From a virus (Duplodnaviria > Caudoviricetes), in the IMG/VR virus record IMGVR_UViG_3300027991_000003, positions 1-35,439 of that record: 35,439 nt of DNA; one strand, given 5' to 3'. The notes beneath the pieces are model-generated. The model saw only the letters and a program-made list of their open reading frames with translations. It did not search any database and was not told where the DNA came from. Below, piece by piece: positions 8,861 to 17,469 of this stretch (its first letter is position 1; each line of letters opens with the position of its first letter). A program made the position numbers and the translations under genes.

Positions 8861-11033
8861 TGTTTTCTCCTCGTTGTTGCATTCCACTACTCAGCAAAGC
8901 TTCTAATTGCTGTGAAGCTTGCTGTTGCGTTTTGTTTTCAGCAGAACCTTGCGTATCTGCATTTATCGAGTGAGCTTGAGAACTCACTTGAGATTTTTGA
9001 ACCTCGCGTCCTAAAGCTTCTTGATTCTCTAACTGGTTTACGAAATCAAGAACCTTCATAATCCTGTCTTCATTGAGCTTAGCAATCTCTGTGATGGCTC
9101 TAGCCCTATCTAATGCTGCCTGCGCGATGTTTTGTTGGGCTTCAGATTCCCTTTCGTCCTTGAGAGCAAGATCGGATATAACTCTAGCTTTACGTTCCTG
9201 AGCAAGCCCAAGATTCGCCTCTTTTCTCGAATCCACCTCTTCCATCTCAGCAATAACGCGTTTTTGTTCGATTGCACGAGCTTCAGCCATTTGTTCATCT
9301 TGTTTCTCCAATGCTTTTTCAAGATCAGATATCCCAGTCATGTTAAGGGCACGCAAGATCTCAGCTTGCGGAACATCAACTATGCCATCGCGTTTAAGAT
9401 TGATAAGCTCATAATAGTAGGCATCTTTTTGGGATTTAGTGCGTATGCCTTCTTTGATAACAGCGTCATATTGTTCAAATTCTTTATTGTAAAACTGCTC
9501 TGTAGGCTCTTCACCTAGGATACGTTTAACTTTGTTGGGGGGAATGTTGTTTTGCATTGCCATCATAACAAGGCCACCAAGCAATTGCTGCGCCGTTTCA
9601 ATGTAGTCAAATACCTTTCTATTGCCTCTAAGACCTTGAGCTAACCTTACCTCAGCAAGTTTACCTGACACCTGCGTATTACCCTTTTCATCCACTCCTA
9701 ACATCGTTTCATTGATGTTAGCAAGCGTCATAGACATAGTATCGAGTACTGCTTGATATTCCATCAGAGCAGGATTACAGCCACCGCCATTCAATTGCTC
9801 AACAGCACCTAAACCAGCAGGATTATTTTCAGGATCAACACCGATGATTTTGCTTTGACCAGATTGGAGCATATCTTGAGGATCTGGAACAGTTCCAAGT
9901 AGGTATTTGAATCCAGTGGAGATGCTTGAGTCCATCATGTCGATGATCTTCATATGACGCTTGTTGAATTGACGTTGATTCCACCATTGCGTTGATGCTA
10001 TACCCTGTATCCTTTGACTAGGCATCCAAATTGAAGGCTCGAAATAGCACACGATCGGCACGAACGGATATGTCTTGTTGATTCCTGTTTTGTCATCACC
10101 GCAATAAACTCGATGACCATTAAGCATGATATTAAGCTCAACAAAGTCACGCGCAACGGTTCTTATCTCTATCTCTGGAATATCTATAGTGTCTTGTCCT
10201 GATAGTGCTGCCTCTTCCCTTAACCTATCAAAACGTTTCATCCCGAATTTAAGTTTGCGCTTTTCATCTTCGGGCAAATCAGTAATATCTCGTGTAAAGC
10301 CAGAGCGCATATCTATGAGAAATGTTCGATCGCGGCTTACGCGTTTATAGTACTGATCGTAGGCGATGATGTTGCGATTTCTGGAAAAGTTAGTGAAGTT
10401 AGGGTGATATTGCAGGAATTTGTCATCGCGGAATGAATATTGCAGCGCGTCTATCTCTTTTGGATCAACGAATGGGATCAGCTGTTTGATGTGTTCTTTC
10501 GATAAAAGATCTCTAGTGATAGCAAACGCACAATCGCTCAAGTCTAACGATGTAAACATGGGATCAAGGAAGAATTGATTGTATGTTCGTTTAAAAAATG
10601 TTATATCGCCGTTGATAAAATCTTTGCTGTAGTCCATCTGCAAACCGCACATGGATAATCCAGATTTTAAACTCTCATCGCACGCATCTAAAAACGTTGG
10701 AAAACCTTGACCTTTTTCCCATATGTAGTCGCCTAACTTCGTAAACTGATCTGCTGTCTGTTGATCGCTTCCTTCTACAGGCGCATAGTTAATAGACTTA
10801 ATGTTATCGCGGAGATAACCTGAATAGAATTGTAGCGGACGGCGCATAATGTTGAATTCAAGAGGCTCTCTACCCTCTTTCAATAGTTCTTTGCGCTCTT
10901 GATCTGACCATGTATAGCCAGAAGCACCCAAAGTGTAGACTTGAGCATTTTGTTGAAACGGAAGCCAAAAATCGTGTGCATAGAGGTAATTTTGCTGATA
11001 TTCACCCCTAATTTCGCTATCCGTTAAAGCCAT
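8850..11033 (-). CDS. Portal protein, P22-like with long C-terminal helical barrel
   Basis: 727 aa after TerL; GYTWS...GREPLEFN, YPFVP, QRQFNKRH and SGKLAEVR motifs; Q/E-rich coiled-coil tail. Confidence 0.88.
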   Translation of the reverse strand: MALTDSEIRGEYQQNYLYAHDFWLPFQQNAQVYTLGASGYTWSDQERKELLKEGREPLEFNIMRRPLQFYSGYLRDNIKSINYAPVEGSDQQTADQFTKLGDYIWEKGQGFPTFLDACDESLKSGLSMCGLQMDYSKDFINGDITFFKRTYNQFFLDPMFTSLDLSDCAFAITRDLLSKEHIKQLIPFVDPKEIDALQYSFRDDKFLQYHPNFTNFSRNRNIIAYDQYYKRVSRDRTFLIDMRSGFTRDITDLPEDEKRKLKFGMKRFDRLREEAALSGQDTIDIPEIEIRTVARDFVELNIMLNGHRVYCGDDKTGINKTYPFVPIVCYFEPSIWMPSQRIQGIASTQWWNQRQFNKRHMKIIDMMDSSISTGFKYLLGTVPDPQDMLQSGQSKIIGVDPENNPAGLGAVEQLNGGGCNPALMEYQAVLDTMSMTLANINETMLGVDEKGNTQVSGKLAEVRLAQGLRGNRKVFDYIETAQQLLGGLVMMAMQNNIPPNKVKRILGEEPTEQFYNKEFEQYDAVIKEGIRTKSQKDAYYYELINLKRDGIVDVPQAEILRALNMTGISDLEKALEKQDEQMAEARAIEQKRVIAEMEEVDSRKEANLGLAQERKARVISDLALKDERESEAQQNIAQAALDRARAITEIAKLNEDRIMKVLDFVNQLENQEALGREVQKSQVSSQAHSINADTQGSAENKTQQQASQQLEALLSSGMQQRGENNGI

Positions 11034-11059
11034 AGAATACCTAAATATTTAATTTAGAA

Positions 11060-12571
11060 TTATATGATCCTACGACGATTGTCAACAACTTTCTTATGGA
11101 GCTGTAAAGCTGCGTTCTGATTAGCAAAAGATTCTAGATGTAAAGCTGCTTGACAAGCATAGCGGAAACTATCTCCATAATGGCTATGGATATCGTGCAA
11201 AGGCTCGTCTATATATTTTCCGTATTGCTCACTCCATTTCTTACGATATTTCAACAAATGATCCAAAAGATTTTTGCATTTAGGACGGTAAAAAACGCAC
11301 CTATCAAATGCCATCATCGCTTGCCCAATGCCTAGATTTAGATCATTGCGTTTTAGAATAATGAACCGAGTGTTCGTATGCGAAAAATACTTCTTAAATT
11401 CCTTCTCGTAGGTATTTTCTACAACAATTCCATCCCTATGTCCTGAATCATGCGGTAAAAAGATCGTATGAATGAGATATGGTTTGTCTTGAAGTAGAAA
11501 TTTAGCGTAGAAATCGACACCCTTATTAGTGTCCTCATAGAAGTCTATAAAACGCCTCTCTCCGTGTACTAACTGAAAGAACGTCATCACAGTCATATCC
11601 GTTGCGCCTATGTCCATGGCTATATAAACAGGCATCAAAGGATCATAAGGATTAGTATCTAGCACCCTATTGTCCTTATAAGCACGTTCTATCCCTTGAG
11701 CATAATAATAAGCATCTGAGTTAGATAGGAACGATTCATTAACGGTGGAAGGGAATTCCTGTTTAATCTTTTCACCAAGCAAACCCAATTGCTGCGCATA
11801 CCAATTCTTCTGATGTTTAGTCAATGTAAAGCTGTTTGACATCTCTAGCTTTTTGAAATAATCCTCAAGATCGACAGGATAGCGTACATCCTGAGATAAG
11901 ACATAAGACGGCTCCTTATACCAAGGATAGAAAAAAAGCTGATAATCCAATGGAGTTAGGTTTTCGTTTCCTCGCTGCAAGGCTGAATAGACCATCTCCG
12001 CAAAGAATCCCTCATTTCCCTCTCCTGTGCTTTCAATAATAACTCTTCCGTTTTGTGGAACCGCTTGTAGCGTTCCAGTAATAACCTCTTCTGCTTTGAG
12101 TGGAGAGCGCGCACATGTTTTGCCGAATTCCGAGAGCAAAAGCGACGGATAAGTACCTCCTCGTAACGTTGTGTCTACGCGAATGAAGCTACCGTTTGAG
12201 AACGTGATCTCACGGGCCGATCTGGAAGTAATTCCGATATTGTACCTAAGCGGTTCAAAGAAGGTGTCCAAGGCGTGCCCAATAATTCTCTTAAAAATAT
12301 GTTGTGCATGTTCAAGAGAATAAGAAACGATCCCGCACGCGAGATTAGGTGTGAAAAGCGCATCATCAAGTATGTCGATGACGGCGTAAGTAGACATGCC
12401 CAATTGACGCGCCTTGAGGATAAGCTTTCGATTATGCGTGCTGTTGCAAACGTCTTGTTGAACAGCATTGAGACAGAATGGGATACTGTTACCATTGCGA
12501 TCCACTATGTTATAGAGGTTATTGAGACGATCAGATTTATTCGATAGGTCAATATCTTCAGGATCGATCAT
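11060..12571 (-). CDS. terL: Terminase large subunit
   Basis: LNAVQ adenine-binding motif, Walker A LILKARQLGMST, Walker B LLLSEFG, coupling motif ESTG, nuclease AMDIG...SHYGDSFRY. Confidence 0.93.
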   Translation of the reverse strand: MIDPEDIDLSNKSDRLNNLYNIVDRNGNSIPFCLNAVQQDVCNSTHNRKLILKARQLGMSTYAVIDILDDALFTPNLACGIVSYSLEHAQHIFKRIIGHALDTFFEPLRYNIGITSRSAREITFSNGSFIRVDTTLRGGTYPSLLLSEFGKTCARSPLKAEEVITGTLQAVPQNGRVIIESTGEGNEGFFAEMVYSALQRGNENLTPLDYQLFFYPWYKEPSYVLSQDVRYPVDLEDYFKKLEMSNSFTLTKHQKNWYAQQLGLLGEKIKQEFPSTVNESFLSNSDAYYYAQGIERAYKDNRVLDTNPYDPLMPVYIAMDIGATDMTVMTFFQLVHGERRFIDFYEDTNKGVDFYAKFLLQDKPYLIHTIFLPHDSGHRDGIVVENTYEKEFKKYFSHTNTRFIILKRNDLNLGIGQAMMAFDRCVFYRPKCKNLLDHLLKYRKKWSEQYGKYIDEPLHDIHSHYGDSFRYACQAALHLESFANQNAALQLHKKVVDNRRRII

Positions 12572-13047
12572 TTACGCTTCTTGAGTTTGCCATCCGCTTG
12601 CGCTTTAGCTACCTGGTCTAAACTCAAAGCTTGTGATTCAGCATCAGCCTTAGATTTAGCCTTAATCATATCGATCTGATGATTTTTAACGTCTTTATCA
12701 TAGACAGGCATAAGCATATTTAAAACAGAAGAATGCACGCCACCTTGTCCAGTTCTTTGTGCTAATCTATTTGAAACTATTGATCTACAAGTTTCATAAC
12801 TGTCGGCGAATACGGCTGACTTTTCTTTTAAATATTCAACTGTTTGTAATGGAACAGAATTATAACCGCGCCATCCTGCCATTGTAATTGAATCATCTTT
12901 TTGTGACCATTCGTTAAGACTATCAATCAATTCTTGAATGCGCTCCACTGTCCAATATTCAGGCCTAGCACAATTTTTCAATCTCTCCATGTTGAAGCAT
13001 TTATTACCTGGCTTGAATGAAGTACTACTTTTTGCCATGTCGATCAC
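12568..13047 (-). CDS. terS: Terminase small subunit
   Basis: N-terminal SSTSFKPGNK...RP motif; helical; ATGA-coupled to terL. Confidence 0.7.
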   Translation of the reverse strand: MIDMAKSSTSFKPGNKCFNMERLKNCARPEYWTVERIQELIDSLNEWSQKDDSITMAGWRGYNSVPLQTVEYLKEKSAVFADSYETCRSIVSNRLAQRTGQGGVHSSVLNMLMPVYDKDVKNHQIDMIKAKSKADAESQALSLDQVAKAQADGKLKKRK

Positions 13048-13054
13048 CTCAAAT

Positions 13055-13285
13055 TTAATTTATCCTATCACCATGAGTATCATGCTGATCGCATACATCG
13101 CAAGCATTTTTTGGCATTCCGTGATAGCACCTAGTAGTAATGTAAGGGCGTAAATCTTCCCCACAGTAAGGACAAAAGCTTATCTTTTGGCTCTCATACA
13201 GACCGCTAAATTCCTGAACCCAATAGCAAATATTCTCTTCTATTAATAGCAATCCTGCATGTTTTGCATCGTGTGTATCGTGCAT
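13055..13285 (-). CDS. Small Cys-rich (Zn-ribbon) protein
   Basis: ISFCPYCG and CYHG...CDVC motifs. Confidence 0.6.
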   Translation of the reverse strand: MHDTHDAKHAGLLLIEENICYWVQEFSGLYESQKISFCPYCGEDLRPYITTRCYHGMPKNACDVCDQHDTHGDRIN

Positions 13286-13322
13286 ATAATTCCATGTATA
13301 AAAAACTAAATATACATAAAAT

Positions 13323-13577
13323 TTACTTTCCCACTACTAAAAAGTCACTCCTCATAGTTTTAATTTTCTGTTGTGTGTCATCAATTGCTTTTGAATTTCT
13401 TGCCGAGTCAGCAAGCCATTGAGTCAATAAATATGGCTTTAAAAGCTTTCTTTCGATACTTCTTGCCAAAATGATGCAAAGATCTATATGAGGAATTGCT
13501 TTTTTTGGTTCAAGAAATTGTATACATGAGTTTGCAGCAGATAGAGCCGCTTGAATTTGGATGAGTTGTATTTCCAT
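13323..13577 (-). CDS. Hypothetical protein
   Basis: 84 aa ORF, co-oriented with the operon. Confidence 0.5.
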   Translation of the reverse strand: MEIQLIQIQAALSAANSCIQFLEPKKAIPHIDLCIILARSIERKLLKPYLLTQWLADSARNSKAIDDTQQKIKTMRSDFLVVGK

Positions 13578-13689
13578 AGGAACATCTTGTTTTTGTTTGT
13601 TAGTGATCGGCCGAATGGCCTATTTCCATTTTTTTATCCTCCTTTTGTTTTGGCGCATCGCCCTTTTAATTTTAGGATTTACACGCTTA

Positions 13690-13992
13690 CTAGTTTTTTT
13701 TGGTCTGCAAGTCTTCTGCCGGATCTGTGACGATTTCATCTTTAAACCATACTCGCATTCTTAGTCCAAGATAGCCATATTTACCATTTTCTGAAGCAGG
13801 TCTAAATACCATCATTCTATGTATGGGTTCACATTTAGGATTATCGTTGATGTATTTCTTGAGCCAATCTACCATATATTGCATCTGTTCATGGGCATCA
13901 ATTCTTATCCAATGCTCAACCGTCCAGCTATCATGTGGAAACGATTCATTTAACGGCCACTCTCTACCATACTCTTTTAAATCAGGAAACAA
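13690..13992 (-). CDS. Hypothetical protein
   Basis: TTG start with AGGTGAG RBS (13995-14001). Confidence 0.6.
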   Translation of the reverse strand: MFPDLKEYGREWPLNESFPHDSWTVEHWIRIDAHEQMQYMVDWLKKYINDNPKCEPIHRMMVFRPASENGKYGYLGLRMRVWFKDEIVTDPAEDLQTKKN

Positions 13993-14002
13993 ATCTCACC
14001 TA

Positions 14003-14030
14003 TGGTCTAATAATCAATGTTATGTTTCTA
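14003..14030 (+). other. dif-like XerC/XerD recombination site
   Basis: TGGTCTAATAA-TCAATG-TTATGTTTCTA has 11-6-11 architecture and the ATAA-N6-TTATGTT core shared with E. coli dif (GGTGCGCATAA-TGTATA-TTATGTTAAAT). Confidence 0.6.
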
Positions 14031-14193
14031 AAGTTAATTCTTTCATTATATCACAAGCTATTGAATGTGTGCACTTTAACTTTCTACGCAAATAAGGAGA
14101 TGATAATTTTCCAAATTTTAGCAGTGCTTCTCGCGCAATTTTTAGCATTTTAGGACACAAATTAGAGTTGAGTGCTAATTTTTCACTTGTCAT
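14020..14193 (-). CDS. Stand-alone FtsK gamma-domain-like HTH protein (57 aa)
   Basis: ATG 14193 is ATGA-coupled to the upstream gene. A-x8-KLS-x5-R-x8-A-xx-I-xxx-L spacing matches FtsK gamma ([34 protein letters not shown]). Confidence 0.6.
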   Translation of the reverse strand: MTSEKLALNSNLCPKMLKIAREALLKFGKLSSPYLRRKLKCTHSIACDIMKELTLET

Positions 14194-14387
14194 TCCAACA
14201 ACACTCCATTCACTTTCACACACGGTTTAGATAACTTTTCCTTTTCCTTCACCGCATCATCGAGCTTTTTTATCAGTCCATAAAAACATAACCTTGAAGC
14301 GCACTCCAAACGCTGAAGTGCAACAATGATATCTTCGATTTCTTCCTCAGTGAGTGAAACGACAATATTCTTTTCAATCTTCATCAT
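14190..14387 (-). CDS. Hypothetical protein
   Basis: MMKIEKNIVVSLTEEE...; overlaps neighbours at both ends. Confidence 0.55.
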   Translation of the reverse strand: MMKIEKNIVVSLTEEEIEDIIVALQRLECASRLCFYGLIKKLDDAVKEKEKLSKPCVKVNGVLLE

Positions 14388-14739
14388 AACGACGATGATG
14401 TTTTTTCTTAGGTTCCATTTTTTTAGAAACAATGCCAATTTTACCACGAGGTGTCATAGTGCCGTGTCTCTCGTGCATTGATTCCATCTTTTCAGAACGA
14501 ACTCTTCCGCGAGGAGTCATCATCCCATTTTTCTCGTGCATTTTTTCACGAACAAGAGCTTTAGCTTTACCTGGTAATGCCATCATGTGTTTGCCTAATT
14601 CTTTATGTCCAGTAGTAACACCCCCAACGAGAGCTTTAGTCATTTCCTTTAAATGATGAGCTTTACTTGCACCAGCTTTATGCAATTTTTTAAGAAGGTG
14701 TTCTTCGTGTTTTTCATTCTTTTCTTTCATTTTTGCCAT
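14374..14739 (-). CDS. Lys/His/Met-rich basic protein with an internal repeat
   Basis: ATG 14739 with GGGAG RBS; duplicated MHEKNGMMTPRG / MHERHGTMTPRG. Confidence 0.7.
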   Translation of the reverse strand: MAKMKEKNEKHEEHLLKKLHKAGASKAHHLKEMTKALVGGVTTGHKELGKHMMALPGKAKALVREKMHEKNGMMTPRGRVRSEKMESMHERHGTMTPRGKIGIVSKKMEPKKKHHRRYDED

Positions 14740-14850
14740 AGGATCTCCCGAGCTACGTTGCTCTGTTAAAATATTCAATCCCAAAAATGACAATGAAAAA
14801 ATTATTGCGCAATAGAAAAGTTAAAGTTTTTTGACTGACACAGCGTGCGG

Positions 14851-15177
14851 TCACTGTTCGTTGGATTTTGCGGTAGCAAAATGCGACAACCTAGATTGAG
14901 AAAGAGCGAAAATAGAATGGCAATTCTCTCTAAAAAAATCCTCTAATCGCTTTGGTAATCTGTCTAAAGGAAAATAAACATCTTCCTTGCCAACATGAAG
15001 AAATTTCCATACCAATTCATCCCCAGCTTGAACAAAACAAAAATCATTACTAATAGAAACAGGATTCAGAATGTGAAATTTATCTACCCAAAAATCAAGA
15101 ATGGCACATTTTTCTGTGTACTCAATTTTTCCCTCAAATGGAGATGCCAAATCCGCGTAACGACAAATTTTAATCAT
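14851..15177 (-). CDS. Hypothetical protein
   Basis: 108 aa, ATGA-coupled. Confidence 0.6.
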   Translation of the reverse strand: MIKICRYADLASPFEGKIEYTEKCAILDFWVDKFHILNPVSISNDFCFVQAGDELVWKFLHVGKEDVYFPLDRLPKRLEDFFRENCHSIFALSQSRLSHFATAKSNEQ

Positions 15178-15374
15178 TTTTCGATAAATTTAATCTTAAA
15201 GTTTCTCTCTAAAACTGCCATAAAAATCTCAACAAAATTATCAGGAGTAAAAGAAGAATAAAATTCCCTGTTAAATTTGATCCCATCTGTGCCTATTTTG
15301 ATGGCCCAATCATTTCCATTAGGTGATAAAATAATTTCAGAGGAAATGGGTTCATCAAGCTTAATATTTTTCAT
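15174..15374 (-). CDS. Hypothetical protein
   Basis: 66 aa, coupled at both ends. Confidence 0.6.
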   Translation of the reverse strand: MKNIKLDEPISSEIILSPNGNDWAIKIGTDGIKFNREFYSSFTPDNFVEIFMAVLERNFKIKFIEK

Positions 15375-15523
15375 TACTTTTTCTTCCTTGGCATCTTAGA
15401 ACCTGACTTGCGCGCATTGCTCAAAGATGCAGCTATAGCCTGATCCCTTGGATGACCGCTTTTAATCATTTCAGATATATTTTCAGAAATTACGCGTTTA
15501 CTTTTTCCTTTTTTCAATGGCAT
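15374..15523 (-). CDS. Small basic phage protein ([16 protein letters not shown] type), 49 aa (not in ORF track)
   Basis: Own translation [49 protein letters not shown]; GAGG RBS; resembles a common phage family. Confidence 0.8.
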   Translation of the reverse strand: MPLKKGKSKRVISENISEMIKSGHPRDQAIAASLSNARKSGSKMPRKKK

Positions 15524-15744
15524 ATTTCCTCTCCTCTTTTAATTTTTTCAATGGTTTCACCGAAGGATTGCAAAAGCAAATCCATTCGAGAAATTATCTC
15601 TAGGCCTTCATCTTTCTCAACTTTATCTAATTCTGACATAAGATGAACATAAAGAATTAATGTTGAAAAACACCTAGCCACTGTAGAGGGTTCTAAGGTT
15701 AGATGATACTCTGTCAATTTCTCTATTATTTCGTAGTTACTCAT
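15514..15744 (-). CDS. Hypothetical protein
   Basis: 76 aa, overlapping both neighbours. Confidence 0.6.
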   Translation of the reverse strand: MSNYEIIEKLTEYHLTLEPSTVARCFSTLILYVHLMSELDKVEKDEGLEIISRMDLLLQSFGETIEKIKRGEEICH

Positions 15745-15958
15745 CTTGAATTTCCGCAGGTGGTTTAGGTAAAGGCATCCAATGAGTAACTCTTGCTAGA
15801 GTGTTATATGTAAGATAATCATCATCGTAAGGAATGGCTGGTTCCCAATTATAGTAACCGCTGTAGCTTAGAACTGAATATGTTCCATCTGCAAGCAAAC
15901 ATAGTCTAGGTATGTTGCGCTCGCTTGAATCTTTTACGGCTTTAGTCCAATTCATCAT
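15737..15958 (-). CDS. DUF551-like protein
   Basis: N-terminal NW and C-terminal VTHWMPLPKPP signature. Confidence 0.8.
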   Translation of the reverse strand: MMNWTKAVKDSSERNIPRLCLLADGTYSVLSYSGYYNWEPAIPYDDDYLTYNTLARVTHWMPLPKPPAEIQDE

Positions 15959-16239
15959 TCCCTCATAACAATTCTAAGCATCCCTGAAGTATTGGATTCC
16001 TCTAGCTGAACGTCATTGCAGTGCATACAACGCCATACTTTCATTTCTGGATAGGTTGGTGGATCTGTCATTTGCATAGTTCCCTCAATCCATGCTCCAA
16101 GATCTCCTTTTTCGCATTTACATTTAAGACTCTTATATTCTGCTGCCGACCATTTATCATATTCTTCTTGGTGCTAAGGACAAAAAATGATGTCTAAATT
16201 CTTAAAGAAAGCTTGTTGGCATTTAGGACAATAATTCAT
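15955..16239 (-). pseudogene. Cys-rich gene interrupted by one in-frame TAG (16174-16176)
   Basis: MNYCPKCQQAFFKNLDIIFCP*HQEEYDKWSAAEYKSLKCKC...WRCMHC...RE; ATGA-coupled at both ends. Confidence 0.6.
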
Positions 16240-16394
16240 GTTTCATCCTCAGCAAGAGCACACACTTCATTAAGCGGTAGCCATTCATTAAGGATAGCAA
16301 GCATTTCATTGAAAGAGATTTTAGGACATGAGCAATCAAAATCACACTCACAATCGGAAATGAATGGAATATCTCTGTTAGAATTATTCTCCAT
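16236..16394 (-). CDS. Small acidic Cys-rich protein, 52 aa (not in ORF track)
   Basis: Own translation MENNSNRDIPFISDCECDFDCSCPK...EDET; overlaps the HTH gene end and the next ATG. Confidence 0.55.
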   Translation of the reverse strand: MENNSNRDIPFISDCECDFDCSCPKISFNEMLAILNEWLPLNEVCALAEDET

Positions 16395-16632
16395 TCGGCA
16401 AATCCTCTGGTGCAGCTTTTTTCATCTTTCCAGAGACAATGATGTAACCCCAATAAGTAATAGGAACCTCGCCTTTAGTCTTACAGTGCATTTTCCATGC
16501 CATTTCAGGCCGAGGTGTGACAGTACCAGCTTTCCATTTGAGAACGCTAGCTGGAGTTGTTTTTAAGGTTCTCGCAAACTCCGACATTGTGATATTTCTT
16601 TTCCTGAGATAATCGTCTAAAAGATTCCGCAT
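16384..16632 (-). CDS. Cro-like XRE HTH regulator
   Basis: LDDYLRKRNITMSEFARTLKTTPASVLKWKAGTVTP...TKGEV; first gene of the leftward operon. Confidence 0.85.
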   Translation of the reverse strand: MRNLLDDYLRKRNITMSEFARTLKTTPASVLKWKAGTVTPRPEMAWKMHCKTKGEVPITYWGYIIVSGKMKKAAPEDLPNGE

Positions 16633-16664
16633 TGAATAACCTTTTGTCTATGAATTTGAATGAA

Positions 16665-16693
16665 AACTTATCTGATATTGAAAAAAATGTCAA
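16665..16693 (-). promoter_or_regulatory. Sigma70-type promoter for the leftward (Cro) operon
   Basis: TTGACA (16693-16688), 17-nt spacer, TAAGTT (16670-16665). Confidence 0.65.
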
Positions 16694-16866
16694 GCAGCAA
16701 AAAGTCTGATTTTCCTATACCCAAGCAGTCTGATAAGCAACAGTTATACTTTGATTTTTATAAGAATACCGAATCGTCTATGAAAAAGAAAAAAACAGTT
16801 TCCTAAAATAACAGAGATTGCTAAGATAAAAACATACCCGAAAATTGGGTCAAACCACAAAGGATT

Positions 16867-17046
16867 ATGATGGCAAAATTCACATTCACATTCTCTAGAA
16901 ATTGCATGTATGCAATGGAAATTTCAGCTAAAGATGAGGATGCAGCGGAAGAAAAATTCTGGAAAACTGTCGAGAAATTAAGCGAAAAAGAGCTACTTGA
17001 AATTGCAGATGATTTCGGAGACATAGAGATAGAATCTATTGAATAA
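16867..17046 (+). CDS. Small acidic protein, 59 aa (not in ORF track)
   Basis: MMAKFTFTFSRNCMYAMEISAKDEDAAEEKFW...; AAGGA RBS; first rightward gene. Confidence 0.7.
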   Translation: MMAKFTFTFSRNCMYAMEISAKDEDAAEEKFWKTVEKLSEKELLEIADDFGDIEIESIE

Positions 17047-17074
17047 AAAATACCCTCCTAATAGAAGGAGGGTA
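17045..17074. terminator. Hairpin with U-tract on the minus strand
   Basis: 9-bp stem TACCCTCCT / AGGAGGGTA (17051-17074) preceded by an A6 run. Confidence 0.55.
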
Positions 17075-17096
17075 CCACTAAACCAAAGGATTGCAT

Positions 17097-17255
17097 ATGA
17101 AGCACACTGAATCTATTCCAAGTATAGAAAAAAATCCAGATGAATTAATCGCCCTTCTAAACGGCATAGAAGAGGTGTTGATGATTTATATCATCGCTAT
17201 ACGCGAATATCGCAAGAAAAATGGTCTACCAGGAAAGGTGCATGGCGCAAAATAA
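17097..17255 (+). CDS. Hypothetical protein, 52 aa (not in ORF track)
   Basis: MKHTESIPSIEKNPDELIALL...; AAGGA RBS. Confidence 0.55.
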   Translation: MKHTESIPSIEKNPDELIALLNGIEEVLMIYIIAIREYRKKNGLPGKVHGAK

Positions 17256-17469
17256 TATTTTTTGTACCTCGCCTTGGAACCAAGAAGATTTGCTAGCTAT
17301 TTACAGAAATGAAGTTGTACCGACGATTTTGCGCCAAGGATGGGCAATTGACGAGATGAACTGCGACTATCCGCAAGAGACGCTGATAGATGAGATTTGG
17401 AGCGGTTATGAAAGATGGGCTGATGAGCTTATCCAAAAAGAAAAATTACAACAAATAGAGGCAACATGA
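17242..17469 (+). CDS. Hypothetical protein
   Basis: ATG 17242 with AAGGTG RBS; ATGA-coupled to bet. Confidence 0.6.
   Translation: MAQNNIFCTSPWNQEDLLAIYRNEVVPTILRQGWAIDEMNCDYPQETLIDEIWSGYERWADELIQKEKLQQIEAT

Noticed and set aside
13620-13739. Short basic minus-strand frame MKSSQIRQK...KWK
   Set aside because: Overlaps the upstream gene substantially and has no convincing RBS.
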